From NCBI GenBank assembly GCA_963735595.1, contig CAVTLK010000003.1:64001-128000 (forward strand): a stretch of 64,000 nt of DNA, given 5' to 3'. Position 1 is the first letter of the stretch. Each line of letters begins with the position of its first letter. Source of the DNA: an uncultured delta proteobacterium (GTDB lineage: Bacteria; Desulfobacterota; Zymogenia; Zymogenales; Zymogenaceae). The position numbers and the translations under genes are program-made. Shown piece by piece: positions 9,479 through 19,711 of this stretch. A model generated the notes under the pieces. That model made no database searches, was not told the DNA's origin, and saw only the letters and a list, made by a program, of their open reading frames with translations.

Positions 9479-10612
9479 ATGTTGGAGGTAGAAATGCTTG
9501 ACGATTATTTTAGGAAATCTATTCGAAAAGCAGTTAGCAACTGGAAAGGCCAAACTCGTAGGATTGTAAAATTCCTGATAGTAATTACTTCGATAGCAGC
9601 AATCTTTTTAGTCCTCGTTGCCCCTCTTCGGCTTGGTATACTCTTTTTACTAGGCGTGGCTCTAATTGTTATAGGGATTGGATCATTGTGGCTGTTACTT
9701 ACTAACATAACGCTTGAGCTAATAGGGGTTTTTGCAAGCAAGGGTAATACAAAACTATGGGTTGAACACGAGGAATTTATAAGTAGTATTGAGGCAAAGG
9801 AAAAAGGAAATATGAAATATGCCTATCTTACAGGTATCTTTCTATTCCTGTTAGTATTAGCCCTGATACTGGTCAATATGAAGTTCTTTGACAAGATTTT
9901 TGAAGCAATGGTCGTCTCGATTATGCCGATTGGTATTGGTATCATTGCTATCCAACATATGGTTCTTCTATACTCGAAGTATAAGGAATGTAATTCTTCG
10001 GAAGAAAGCAAGTATTTTTTATTCGGTGATGTAAGTATAAAGGCAAACACATATAAACTCGTGATGTATTCAATTTACATACCGCTCCTATTCTGCTCGG
10101 GACTTGCCTTGGTGCTGGTACTGGTTAAGATTATGTTCGGTTCAAAGGCGATACTCATTGCCACACCTGTGGTTTCAATGGTGAGAGATAGTATCCTGAA
10201 AAGCCTTATTTACGTAATTCCAATTCTAGGTTTGGCGACTACAATATTCCCTTTGCTTGTTGTTTATCAGCAGAAAAGCTTTTCGCTTTTCTTTATACCT
10301 GGATTACTGAGTTTCGTTGCCAGTGAGTCAGCTATAGCCTATTTTACTCGAGTTTTGAAAACAGAATACAGTGTACTGCTATTTCTAGTTCTTCTTATTA
10401 CCGGAGTTATGGTTAATCATCTTTTATTTCGAGATAAAGTAGTAGCAGATGTTGAGGATCTTGCAGTCAGGTTGAAGATCCCTTACAATGAAGAGTTTAA
10501 AAGGAGTATTAGCGCTTTAAAAGGATTACCAGCCTTAAAGGTTAGGGGAAAAAAACTGTACGTGGTAGAGGAAGTTAAAGAATACTTCCTTAAACATGAT
10601 ATTGTACTATAA
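9479..10612 (+). CDS. multi-pass membrane protein, paralogue of upstream gene
   Basis: about 8 hydrophobic helices; soluble tail DVEDLAVRLKI...LPALKVRGKKLYVVEEVKEYF resembling excisionase/HTH_17 domains. Confidence 0.75.
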   Translation: MLEVEMLDDYFRKSIRKAVSNWKGQTRRIVKFLIVITSIAAIFLVLVAPLRLGILFLLGVALIVIGIGSLWLLLTNITLELIGVFASKGNTKLWVEHEEFISSIEAKEKGNMKYAYLTGIFLFLLVLALILVNMKFFDKIFEAMVVSIMPIGIGIIAIQHMVLLYSKYKECNSSEESKYFLFGDVSIKANTYKLVMYSIYIPLLFCSGLALVLVLVKIMFGSKAILIATPVVSMVRDSILKSLIYVIPILGLATTIFPLLVVYQQKSFSLFFIPGLLSFVASESAIAYFTRVLKTEYSVLLFLVLLITGVMVNHLLFRDKVVADVEDLAVRLKIPYNEEFKRSISALKGLPALKVRGKKLYVVEEVKEYFLKHDIVL

Positions 10613-10786
10613 AATTGGATAATAAAGCGGATAGGTAGCGTTAAACAAATAGGTGCTGGGGGGCATCACTCATGGTTTTCTCAATGTGATCCCACTCTTC
10701 CCCGTCCCCGTTGCCTTGCCCCATTTTTCCAACTCTGTTAGACTACGCATATCTCCTGATACTTTCATCGAAAGGAACACCACCCC

Positions 10787-11641
10787 ATGAAAGAAGACCA
10801 GCCCAGCGCCACCGCCCAGCACGTCGCCATGCAGCGGGCGGCGCATCAGCTGTTGGACGACCCCAAAGTCCTCGACGACCCCGTTGCGCTGGCGATCGTC
10901 GGCAAAGAGGCCGCCGCCCTCCTTGCGGCCGACCCGCGCCGGCTGGATGTATCGCCGGTATCGCCGTACCTCAGAGCCTTTTTAGTTGCGCGCAGCCGTC
11001 TTGCCGAGGACGAGCTTGCCGACGCCGTAGCCCGCGGCGTGCGGCAGTACGTCATACTGGGCGCGGGGCTCGATACCTTCGCCTACCGCAATCCCTATCC
11101 TCAGGGGACACTCTCCATCTACGAGGTCGACCACCCCAGCACGCAAATCTTCAAGCGCGCGCGGCTCGCCGAGGCCGGCATCGCGCTGCCGGACGGCCTC
11201 ACGTTCGTGCCGGTCAACTTTGAGACGCACGCGCTGACCGACGGGCTTGCCGCCACGCGGTGCGACTGGCGGGCGCCCGCCTTCTTTTCGTGGCTCGGGG
11301 TAACGCACTACCTCACGGCGGAGCTGGTCATGGCGGCGCTGGGCTTTGTCGCCACGTTTCCGGCAGGAAGCGGGATCGTCTTCGACTACACGATCGCCCC
11401 GTCGCTCATGACGCCGCTCCAGAAGAAGGCGCTGGACGCGATCGCGGGGCGGGCGGCGGCGGCCGGAGAGCCGTGGCTGGGGTTCTTTGACCCGGACGTA
11501 CTGGCCAAGGACCTCGGGGCGATGGGCTTCGGGGACGTCCGGGATATCGGGCCGGACGAGATCAACGCGCGATATTTCGCGGACCGCGCCGACGGGCTGA
11601 AGGTGGGGAGTATCTCCCGCGTGATGTGCGCCCGGGTCTGA
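10787..11641 (+). CDS. class I SAM-dependent methyltransferase (LCM/YktD-like)
   Basis: SATA..VA..RA, QYVILGAGLDTFAYR, YEVDHP, WLGVTHYL. Confidence 0.9.
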   Translation: MKEDQPSATAQHVAMQRAAHQLLDDPKVLDDPVALAIVGKEAAALLAADPRRLDVSPVSPYLRAFLVARSRLAEDELADAVARGVRQYVILGAGLDTFAYRNPYPQGTLSIYEVDHPSTQIFKRARLAEAGIALPDGLTFVPVNFETHALTDGLAATRCDWRAPAFFSWLGVTHYLTAELVMAALGFVATFPAGSGIVFDYTIAPSLMTPLQKKALDAIAGRAAAAGEPWLGFFDPDVLAKDLGAMGFGDVRDIGPDEINARYFADRADGLKVGSISRVMCARV

Positions 11642-11674
11642 GGGGCGGGCAGGGGAGGAGAACCGACGGGCCCG

Positions 11675-12136
11675 TTAGGGGAATATCTTCTCTTCCGTCA
11701 CGTGGGGGTACTTCGTCTCGTAGTCGAGCAGGAGCGCGCCGATCGTCGAGATCATCGCCCGGTCCCCCTTGAGGCAGGCCAACCGGAAGGCGCGGCGGAG
11801 GTATTCGATGCTCGGCTTTGACCTGCCGACCAGGTAGTAGTAATACATCTCGTCCACGCCGTAGATAAGGGCCGTGTCGGCGTCGCGGATCGCGGCCCGG
11901 TATCGGCCCATCTCTATATACAGGAGCGCGCGGACCCGCAGGGCGGAGGCGTCGCGCGGGTTTTCGAGCAGGGCCGAGGTGTATTCGACCACGGCCTGCC
12001 GCACTGCCCCGCCGCCGCCCGCCGCCAACATTGACTGTCCGCGTAAGGCAAACGGGTATTGTCCGTCCGGGCCGTCCGGCGCTCCCGCGCCGACCAGTAT
12101 CAGCGAGCAAACGAGGATGGAAAACAACCGCGTCAC
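11675..12136 (-). CDS. secreted TPR-repeat protein
   Basis: N-terminal signal-like peptide; YTSALLENPRDASAL..RALLYIEMGRYRAAIRDADTAL TPR pattern. Confidence 0.7.
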   Translation of the reverse strand: MTRLFSILVCSLILVGAGAPDGPDGQYPFALRGQSMLAAGGGGAVRQAVVEYTSALLENPRDASALRVRALLYIEMGRYRAAIRDADTALIYGVDEMYYYYLVGRSKPSIEYLRRAFRLACLKGDRAMISTIGALLLDYETKYPHVTEEKIFP

Positions 12137-12291
12137 GCAGACCTCCCAAGGGCGTGGTTCCGGGCGGATCGGGGGTTAGCCCCCGCCGGGTATCGCCATA
12201 GTGATAGATAATCCAGCCGGGCGAAAAAGTCAAGGATTGATTTACGGGACGTACGGCGGGGACAGATCCCCGGCATGCGGGCGGGAAAAGT

Positions 12292-12326
12292 AAAAAAGCG
12301 GGATAGTCCGACGGACTATCCCGCTT
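12292..12326 (-). terminator. rho-independent terminator of last array gene
   Basis: AAGCGGGATAGTCCG-A-CGGACTATCCCGCTT stem followed by a T-run on the minus strand. Confidence 0.85.
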
Positions 12327-12358
12327 GTGTGTATCAAACCCGAGAGGATCCGCGATCC

Positions 12359-13210
12359 CTAATTCTTGCTCATCGGCTCTAACTTGGGCTCGATGACCGG
12401 TGCGGGCGCGGGCGCGGGAGCTACCGGCTTCGCGCAGATGTCGAACATATAGCCGATGCCGCCTTCGATGCCCCAGCCGCCGCCGAAGTTCGTCCGGCCC
12501 TCGACGTTCAGGTAGAGCCGGTCGGTAATCTGGTGGTCGAGGCCGACGAACATGTAGACCGGGTCATCCATGTGGAAACTCGCATCCCATGCGTTAGCGG
12601 GGAGGCCCACCTGGGCCCAATCGGAGCTCGCCCGCAGCCAGGTATAGTCCACGCCGATATAGGGGGTCAGGCCGGTGTCGCCGATGTGCCAGCCGGCGTG
12701 CAGCTCCGGGGTCAAACGGTAGACGTTCATATAGACGTCAAATGACCTAAACCAGACACCTGCAATGTATTGATCCATTTCGAAGTCGCGTGAGAACGAA
12801 TGGGTAAAGAGGGCGCCGCCGCCGACGTAGAAACCGTTATCTGCCCGGAAGAACGTCGCTTTAACGCCGAGGCCCCACATGAACATCGGGACCCAGCCGT
12901 CCGTCTCTACATCGATTCCGGCAAAACTACTATCCATGGCGAGGCTCTGTCCGCCAACAAGCCCAACGAGATCTACGTTGTTTAAGATACCCCAGTTGAC
13001 CTGTGCGTAGTAGCTGTGGGTGTTGACGTCCCAATCCCTCCAACCACTCATGGAACGCTCGACCGTGTCCCAATCAGTAGCGGAGTACCCGTAGCGGAGC
13101 TGGGGCAGCAGCTTGCCGCCGCCGACGGTGTCGCTCCCCTCGCCGGCGAACGCCGTCAGCGAGAAAGCCAGCAGGAGAGAAAGGGCCAAGAGCAGTGATC
13201 TCTTGAACAT
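12359..13210 (-). CDS. outer-membrane beta-barrel protein, array copy 1
   Basis: signal peptide AFA|GEGSDTV; about 10 alternating amphipathic strands ending WGIEGGIGYMF; PA-rich tail. Confidence 0.85.
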   Translation of the reverse strand: MFKRSLLLALSLLLAFSLTAFAGEGSDTVGGGKLLPQLRYGYSATDWDTVERSMSGWRDWDVNTHSYYAQVNWGILNNVDLVGLVGGQSLAMDSSFAGIDVETDGWVPMFMWGLGVKATFFRADNGFYVGGGALFTHSFSRDFEMDQYIAGVWFRSFDVYMNVYRLTPELHAGWHIGDTGLTPYIGVDYTWLRASSDWAQVGLPANAWDASFHMDDPVYMFVGLDHQITDRLYLNVEGRTNFGGGWGIEGGIGYMFDICAKPVAPAPAPAPVIEPKLEPMSKN

Positions 13211-13249
13211 AAGTACTTACCTCCCGTGAGTTATGGACATTGCTGCAAT

Positions 13250-13302
13250 ATTTTATGTTTATTATGCAAATATTGTCAAGCAGAAAATTAGAGCGCCCTA
13301 AT
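13250..13302 (-). promoter_or_regulatory. sigma70 promoter (TTGACA-18-TAAAAT) plus upstream ATTAG-N6-CTAAT palindrome; equivalent modules precede copies 2-7
   Basis: -35 at 13274-13279, palindrome 13287-13302; repeated at 14334, 15361, 16411, about 17461, 18497 and 19541. Confidence 0.75.
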
Positions 13303-13350
13303 AGTCTTCTTTGAGGGACGTTAATCGGGTAACGGGGTTTTCAGGGGATA

Positions 13351-13383
13351 AAGAAGGGGACGATCCGCGGGACCGTCCCCTTT
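13351..13383 (-). terminator. terminator hairpin GGGGACG...CGTCCCC; homologues near 14386-14420, 15425-15456, 16475-16506, 17512-17544, 18562-18594, 19656-19686
   Basis: GC stem with plus-strand A-run, giving a U-tail on the minus-strand transcript, downstream of each barrel gene. Confidence 0.8.
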
Positions 13384-13409
13384 GTGCCCTTATGAAAAAT
13401 GCACAGGAC

Positions 13410-14258
13410 TTAGTTCTTGCTCATCGGCTCTAACTTGGGCTCGATGACCGGTGCGGGCGCGGGGGCGGGAGCTACCGGTTTCGCGCAGATATCGAACATA
13501 TAGCCGATGCCGCCTTCGATGCCCCAGCCGCCGCCGAAGTTCGTGCGGCCTTCCATGTTCAGGTAGAGCCTGTCGGTGATGTAGTGGTCGAGACCGACAA
13601 ACATGTAGACCGGGCTGTCGAGGTGATAGTCAATCTCCCCTTGGTTAGCCGGGTCGCCTATTTCGACCCACTCGGAGTTTGCCCTCAGCATCGTATAGTC
13701 CACGCCGATATAGGGGGTCAGGCCCGTGTCACCGATATGCCAGCCGGCATGAAGCTCGGGGGTTAACCGGTAGACGTTCAAATCGACGTCAAATACGTTA
13801 ATCAGGACACCTGCGGCAGTATATTGACCAACTTCGAAGTCGCGTGAGAACGTATGGGTAAAGAGGGCGCCGCCGCCGACATAGAACCCGTTATCGGCCC
13901 GGAAGAACGTCCCCTTGACACCCAACCCCCACATAAACATCGGCGTCCAGTCGGACTCGGCGTAAGCGCCAGGTCTGTCGGTTTCTATGAAAAGGCTCTG
14001 TCCTCCGACAATTCCGATGAGGTCTATGTTGTTAAGGATGCCCCAGTTGAGCTGGGCGTAGTAGCTGTGAGCGTCGAGGTCCCAATCCCTAACACTGGTA
14101 AAATCGGAGGCCGTCTCCCAGTCCGAAGCGGAGTACCCATAGCGGAGCTGGGGCAGGAGCTTACCGCCGCCGACGGTGTCGCTCCCCTCGCCGGCAAACG
14201 CCGAGAACGACCAAACCAGCAGGAACGATAGGGCCAGGAACAGTGATTTCTTGAGCAT
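13410..14258 (-). CDS. outer-membrane beta-barrel protein, array copy 2
   Basis: intact paralogue, GGAGG RBS, start MLKKS. Confidence 0.85.
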   Translation of the reverse strand: MLKKSLFLALSFLLVWSFSAFAGEGSDTVGGGKLLPQLRYGYSASDWETASDFTSVRDWDLDAHSYYAQLNWGILNNIDLIGIVGGQSLFIETDRPGAYAESDWTPMFMWGLGVKGTFFRADNGFYVGGGALFTHTFSRDFEVGQYTAAGVLINVFDVDLNVYRLTPELHAGWHIGDTGLTPYIGVDYTMLRANSEWVEIGDPANQGEIDYHLDSPVYMFVGLDHYITDRLYLNMEGRTNFGGGWGIEGGIGYMFDICAKPVAPAPAPAPVIEPKLEPMSKN

Positions 14259-14447
14259 GGTCTTACCTCCCGTGAATAATGGACATAACTGCAATATTTT
14301 ATGTTTATTATGCAAGTATTGTCAAGCAAAAAAATTAGAGCACTTTAATGACTTCTGAGCCGGTACGTGCCCGTTTTCAGGACATAAAAAAAGGGGACGA
14401 TCCACGGGATCGTCCCCTTGTAATACACTAAGCGATATGTGCAGGAC

Positions 14448-15287
14448 TTAGTTCTTGCTCATCGGCTCCAGCTTGGGCTCGATGACCGGCGCGGGTGCGG
14501 GTGCGGGCGCTACCGGCTTTGCGCAGATATCGAACATATAGCCGATGCCGCCTTCGATGCCCCAGCCTTCATGGAAGTTCGTGCGGCCCTCGAAGTTCAA
14601 ATAGAGCCGGTCATTGATGTAGTGATCGAGACCGGCGAACATGAAGACCGGGTCGTTCATGCGGAGGTTAATGTCGCCAATACCGTCGATCTCGGCAACG
14701 GCCCTCGACGCGACGTAATCCACGCCGATGTAGGGGGTCAGGCCGGTGTCACCGATGTGCCAGCCGGCGTGTAGCTCGGGGACCAGCATATAGACGTCCA
14801 GCGTGGTATTATAGTCTCCTGCGAAGACACCGTTAAAGTATGTGTCTAGGTCAAAATCACCCGAGAATGAATGGGTAAAGAGTGCGCCGCCACCGACGTA
14901 GAACCCGTTATCTGCCCGGAAGAACGTCGCTTTAACGCCCAACCCCCACATGAACATCGGGACATCGCCCTCTGCTTCCCAGTAGTCGGGTCCGATCGTA
15001 TAATCGCTCTCCATGGTGAGGCTCCGCCCGCCGACAATCCCTATGAGGTCGACGTTGTTGAGGATACCCCAATTGAGCTGGGCGTAATAGGTGTGGGCGT
15101 TGATATCCCAGCACCGGAATCCGGCAACGTCGGCCGAGCTGGTCTTCCACTCCGTCCCGGAGTACCCGTAGCGGAGCTGGGGCAGCAGCTTGCCTCCCCC
15201 GACTGTGTCGCTCCCCTCGCCGGCGAACGACGCCAGCGAGAAAACCAGCAGGAGCGAAAGGGCCAAGAACAGAGATTTCTTGAACAT
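14448..15287 (-). CDS. outer-membrane beta-barrel protein, array copy 3
   Basis: intact paralogue, GGAGG RBS, start MFKKS. Confidence 0.85.
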   Translation of the reverse strand: MFKKSLFLALSLLLVFSLASFAGEGSDTVGGGKLLPQLRYGYSGTEWKTSSADVAGFRCWDINAHTYYAQLNWGILNNVDLIGIVGGRSLTMESDYTIGPDYWEAEGDVPMFMWGLGVKATFFRADNGFYVGGGALFTHSFSGDFDLDTYFNGVFAGDYNTTLDVYMLVPELHAGWHIGDTGLTPYIGVDYVASRAVAEIDGIGDINLRMNDPVFMFAGLDHYINDRLYLNFEGRTNFHEGWGIEGGIGYMFDICAKPVAPAPAPAPVIEPKLEPMSKN

Positions 15288-15482
15288 TGTCTTACCTCCT
15301 CTGATCAATAAGCAAAGCTACTATATACTATATTCGAATAATGCGCTAAGTCAAGTTAAAATTAGAGCGCCCTAATAGATCGGTTATGTACTAATCTATG
15401 TACGTAGGGTGTTCGTCGGGACATAAAAAGGGGACGATCCATAAGACCGTCCCCTTATGTACATAAGAGATATGATCAGGTT

Positions 15483-16337
15483 TTAGTTCTTGCTCATCGG
15501 CTCTAACTTGGGCTCAATGACCGGTACGGGAGCGGGTGCGGGAGCTACAGGTTTCGCGCAGATATCAAACATATATCCGATGCCGCCTTCAATGCCCCAG
15601 CCGTCGTTGAAGTTCGTACGGCCCTCGAAGTTCAGGTAGAGCCGGTCGGTGACCTGGTGGTCCAGGCCGACGAACATGTAGACCGGGTCGTCCATGTGGT
15701 ACTTAATCTCGCCGGTGCCGGTGGTGAGCGGGAATGTCTGACGGTACTCAGACATAGCCTTTGACCAGGTATAATCCACGCCGATATAGGGGGTCAGGCC
15801 GGTATCGCCGATGTGCCAGCCGGCGTGGAGCTCCGGGATCAAACGGTAGATATCAGTCGTAACGTCCCATCCGACAGTTAAGACGCCCCCGGTATAGACA
15901 TCGACATCATAATTGTTTGAGAACGAGTGGGTGAAGAGGGCACCGCCGCCGACGTAGAGCCCGTTGTCGGCCCGGAAGAACGTCGCCTTGACGCCGATGC
16001 CCCACATGAACATCTCCGCCCAGCCGTCGGATTCAATCGTAGTTGCCCCGACGCTTGTCTCTGTCGAGAGGCTCCGTCCGCCGACGACCCCGATGAGGTC
16101 AACGTTGTTCAGGATGCCCCAGTTAAGCTGGGCGTAGTAGTCATGGGCGCTGAAATCCCAGTCAAAGTATGGAGTGGTGAAATTCGATTTCGTGTCCCAT
16201 TCCGTGACGGAATACCCGTAGCGGAGCTGGGGCAGCAGCTTGCCGCCGCCGACCGTGTCGCTCCCTTCGCCGGCAAAGGCCGAGAAAGAAACTAACAGCA
16301 GGAGCGAAAGGGCCAAGAACAGTGATTTCTTGAGCAT
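15483..16337 (-). CDS. outer-membrane beta-barrel protein, array copy 4
   Basis: intact paralogue. Confidence 0.85.
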   Translation of the reverse strand: MLKKSLFLALSLLLLVSFSAFAGEGSDTVGGGKLLPQLRYGYSVTEWDTKSNFTTPYFDWDFSAHDYYAQLNWGILNNVDLIGVVGGRSLSTETSVGATTIESDGWAEMFMWGIGVKATFFRADNGLYVGGGALFTHSFSNNYDVDVYTGGVLTVGWDVTTDIYRLIPELHAGWHIGDTGLTPYIGVDYTWSKAMSEYRQTFPLTTGTGEIKYHMDDPVYMFVGLDHQVTDRLYLNFEGRTNFNDGWGIEGGIGYMFDICAKPVAPAPAPVPVIEPKLEPMSKN

Positions 16338-16533
16338 GATCTTACCTCCCGTGAATAAATAGCATGTTGGGTATATTCTACGTTTATACCGTAAGTATTG
16401 TCAACTAAATATTAGAGCGCCCTAATAGTCTTCTTTGAGGGACGTTAATCGGGTAACGGGGTTTTCCGGGGATAAAGAAGGGGACGACCCCACGGATCGT
16501 CCCCTTTGTGTCCTTATGTAAAATACTCAGGAC

Positions 16534-17384
16534 TTAGTTCTTGCTCATCGGCTCAAGCTTGGGCTCGATGACCGGTGCGGGAGCGGGTGCGGGAGCCACC
16601 GGCTTCGCGCAGATGTCGAACATATAGCCGATGCCGGTTTCTATGCCCCAACCGTCGACGAAGTTCGTCCGGCCTTCCACGTTGATGTAGATCTTATCCA
16701 TCAGGAAATAATCAACGCCGGCAAACATCATGAAGGGATTCTGCATTCGGTACTCGGTTTCTCCGTCACCCTCAACCTCGGTAAGCGCCCTTGACCAGGT
16801 ATAATCCGCGCCGATGTAGGGCGTCAGGCCGATCTTCTTGATGTTCCAGCCGACGTGGAGCTCGGGGGTCAGCCGGTAGACGGACCGCTCATATATGCTG
16901 GGAGACTCGCCCAAGAGCACGCCGTTAAAATAGAGCTTGAGGCTGTAATCGCGCGAGAACGAGTGGGTGAAGAGCGCGCCGCCGCCGATATAGAGGCCGT
17001 TTTCGGCTCGATAGAACGTCCCCTTGACGCCCAATCCCCACAGGAACATCGGTACCGTATCGGTCTTCATGCCCATGTTTAACAGGCCGGGAATGATATC
17101 GAAATCGCTCTCCGAAGAGACGCTCCGTCCGCCGACGAGCGGCGATAAGGTCGACGTTGTTAAGGATGCCCCAGTTGACCTGGGCGTAGTAGTTGTGCGC
17201 ATTGACGTCCCACTCGGTAAAGAGCGTCGCCTCGTTGGTTACCCAGTCGGTGGACGGAGTATCCATAGCGGAGCTGGGGCAGCAGCTTGCCGCCGCCGAC
17301 GGTGTCGCTCCCTTCGCCGGCAAATGCCGAGAACGAGATGACCAACAGGAGCGAAAGGGCCAGGAACAGTGATTTTTTAAGCAT
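16534..17384 (-). pseudogene. outer-membrane beta-barrel protein, array copy 5 (about 2 frameshifts; may be sequencing error)
   Basis: pieces in ORFs 17160-17411, 16925-17443 and 16534-17202 reconstruct a full paralogue. Confidence 0.8.
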
Positions 17385-17570
17385 GTTCTTTTCTCCCCAT
17401 AAATAATACAAAAAATTTCGTATATTCTATGTTTATTACGCAAGCAGTGTCAAGAAGAAACTTAAAAGTATTCTAATGACTCCTTAGCCGGTATGTGCCC
17501 ATTTTCAGGACAAAAAAGGGGACGATCCACGGGACCGTCCCCTTATGTACATAAGAGATATGATCAGGTT

Positions 17571-18423
17571 TTAGTTCTTGCTCATCGGCTCTAGCTTGGG
17601 CTCAATGACCGGTGCGGGAGCGGGTGCGGGAGCTACAGGCTTCGCGCAGAGGTCAAACATATAGCCGATGCCGCTCTCGATGCCCCAGCCGTCGTCAAAG
17701 TTGGTCCGGCCTTCAACGTTCAGGTAGAGCCTGTCGTTGATAAAGTGGTCGAGACCGACGAACACGTAGACCGGGTCGTCTAGGTGATAATCAACCTCGC
17801 CAGTTGGCTGGGTTGCCCACTGGTCCAATCGGTGTTCGCTCGCAGCCAGGTATAGTCCACGCCAATGTACGGGGTCAGACCGGTGTCGCCGATGTGCCAG
17901 CCGACGTGGAGCTCGGGGGTGAGGCGGTAAACGCTCATTTCGACGTCAAATTCGTTAATGAGCACGCCTGCGTTATCAAAGTGCTCAATAACGAGGTCGT
18001 TCCGAACGAATGGGTGAAGAGGGCGCCGCCGCCGACGTATAACCCGTTGTCGGCGCGGAAGAACGTCGCCCTAACGCCGAGGCCCCACATGAACATCGGC
18101 CCCCAGTCGGACTCAATGGATTCACCGTCGAAAGGCTCATCACTTTCCATCATGAGGCTTTGTCCGCCGACAAGCCCGACGAGTTCAACGTTCTCAAGGA
18201 CGCCCCAGTTGAGCTGGGCGTAGTAGCTGTGGGTGTTGACGTCCCAATCCCTGAAACCAGCTACATCAGCAGAGACCGTACGCCAATCCGAAACCGTATA
18301 CCCGTAGCGGAGCTGTGGCAAAAGCTTGCCGCCACCGACCGTGTCGCTCCCCTCGCCGGCAAACGCCGAGAACGAGACTACCAGCAGGAGCGAAAGGGCC
18401 AAGAACAAAGATTTCTTGAGCAT
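17571..18423 (-). pseudogene. outer-membrane beta-barrel protein, array copy 6 (frameshifted; may be sequencing error)
   Basis: pieces in ORFs 17935-18423, 17780-17965 and 17571-17828. Confidence 0.8.
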
Positions 18424-18621
18424 AATTCTACCTCTTTTAATTGGTGGAGATAATAGTTATATCTTATGTTTATAATATAGCCAATGTCAAGTGAAAATTA
18501 GAATAGTCTAATAACTTCCCGTACCGGGCGATTAGCCGGTTGCCAGGCCTTTCCCGGGGATAAAAAAGGGGGCGATCTCTGGGATCGTCCCCTTGTAATA
18601 CCTGGGCGATATGTGCAGCGC

Positions 18622-19463
18622 TTAGTTCTTGCTCATCGGCTCTAACTTGGGCTCGATGACCGGCGCGGGGGCGGGTGCCGGAGCGGGCGCCGGTTTTGCG
18701 CAGATGTCAAACATATATCCGAAACCGGCTTCTACGCCCCAGCCGTCGACGAAGTTTGTACGGCCTTCCACGTTAAGGTAGAGCTTGTCGTTCAACAGGT
18801 AGTCGACGCCGACGAACATGAAGAACGGGTTCTCGAGGCGATTCACGATCTTGCCACCGCCTTCGATTTCGGCAACTGCCCTCGACCAGGTATAATCGAC
18901 GCCGAGGTACGGGGTCAGGCCGGTATCCTTGATATGCCAGCCGACATGAATTTCGGGGGTCAGCATATAGGCGCTCAGGGTGGCACGATACTCGGCGACG
19001 AGCACGCCGTCTTCGTAGTCTTGAGATCGAAATCGTTTGAGAACGAGTGAGTGAAGAGCACGCCGCCGCCGACGTATAATCCGTTGTCGGCCCGGAAGAA
19101 CGTCGCCTTGAAACCGAGTCCCCACAGAAACATCGGTACGGAACCGGCCTTGAACTCCTCAGAGAAACGATCCTAATAGTCACTCTCCGCGGAGACACTC
19201 CGTCCACCGACGATCGCAATGAGGTCAAGGTTGTTTAAAACGCCCCAGTTGAGCTGGGCATAGTAGTTATGGGCTGTGATGTCCCAGTCCTCGAAGTCCG
19301 TAGCGGCGCTCGAATGGGTCTCCCAGTCGGAGACGGAATACCCGTAGCGGAGCTGGGGTAGCAGCTTACCGCCGCCGACGGTGTCGCTTCCCTCGCCGGC
19401 GAACGCGGAAAGCGAGAAGACGAGCATCAGGGCGAGAGTTACCAGAAGTGATTTCCTGATCAT
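18622..19463 (-). pseudogene. outer-membrane beta-barrel protein, array copy 7 (frameshifted; may be sequencing error)
   Basis: pieces in ORFs 19173-19463 and 18622-19125. Confidence 0.8.
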
Positions 19464-19711
19464 AGTCGTTCCTTCCTGATGGTGGTTGAAGTTGATACTT
19501 TGAATATTGTATTTTAAGAATTGTACCCTGTCAAGGAGAAATTAGGCAATCTTAATAAAAGATCGGGATGCCTGACCGGCCGGCGCTTCGTTCATCCTTA
19601 TATCGGCAGGGAAATGGGGATGGCTGAACGCCGAAGGAGGTCAGTTACCCGATAGAAAAAACGGGACGATCCTATGATCCTCCCTGGGTATCTAAGCGAA
19701 AAAATCAGCTT

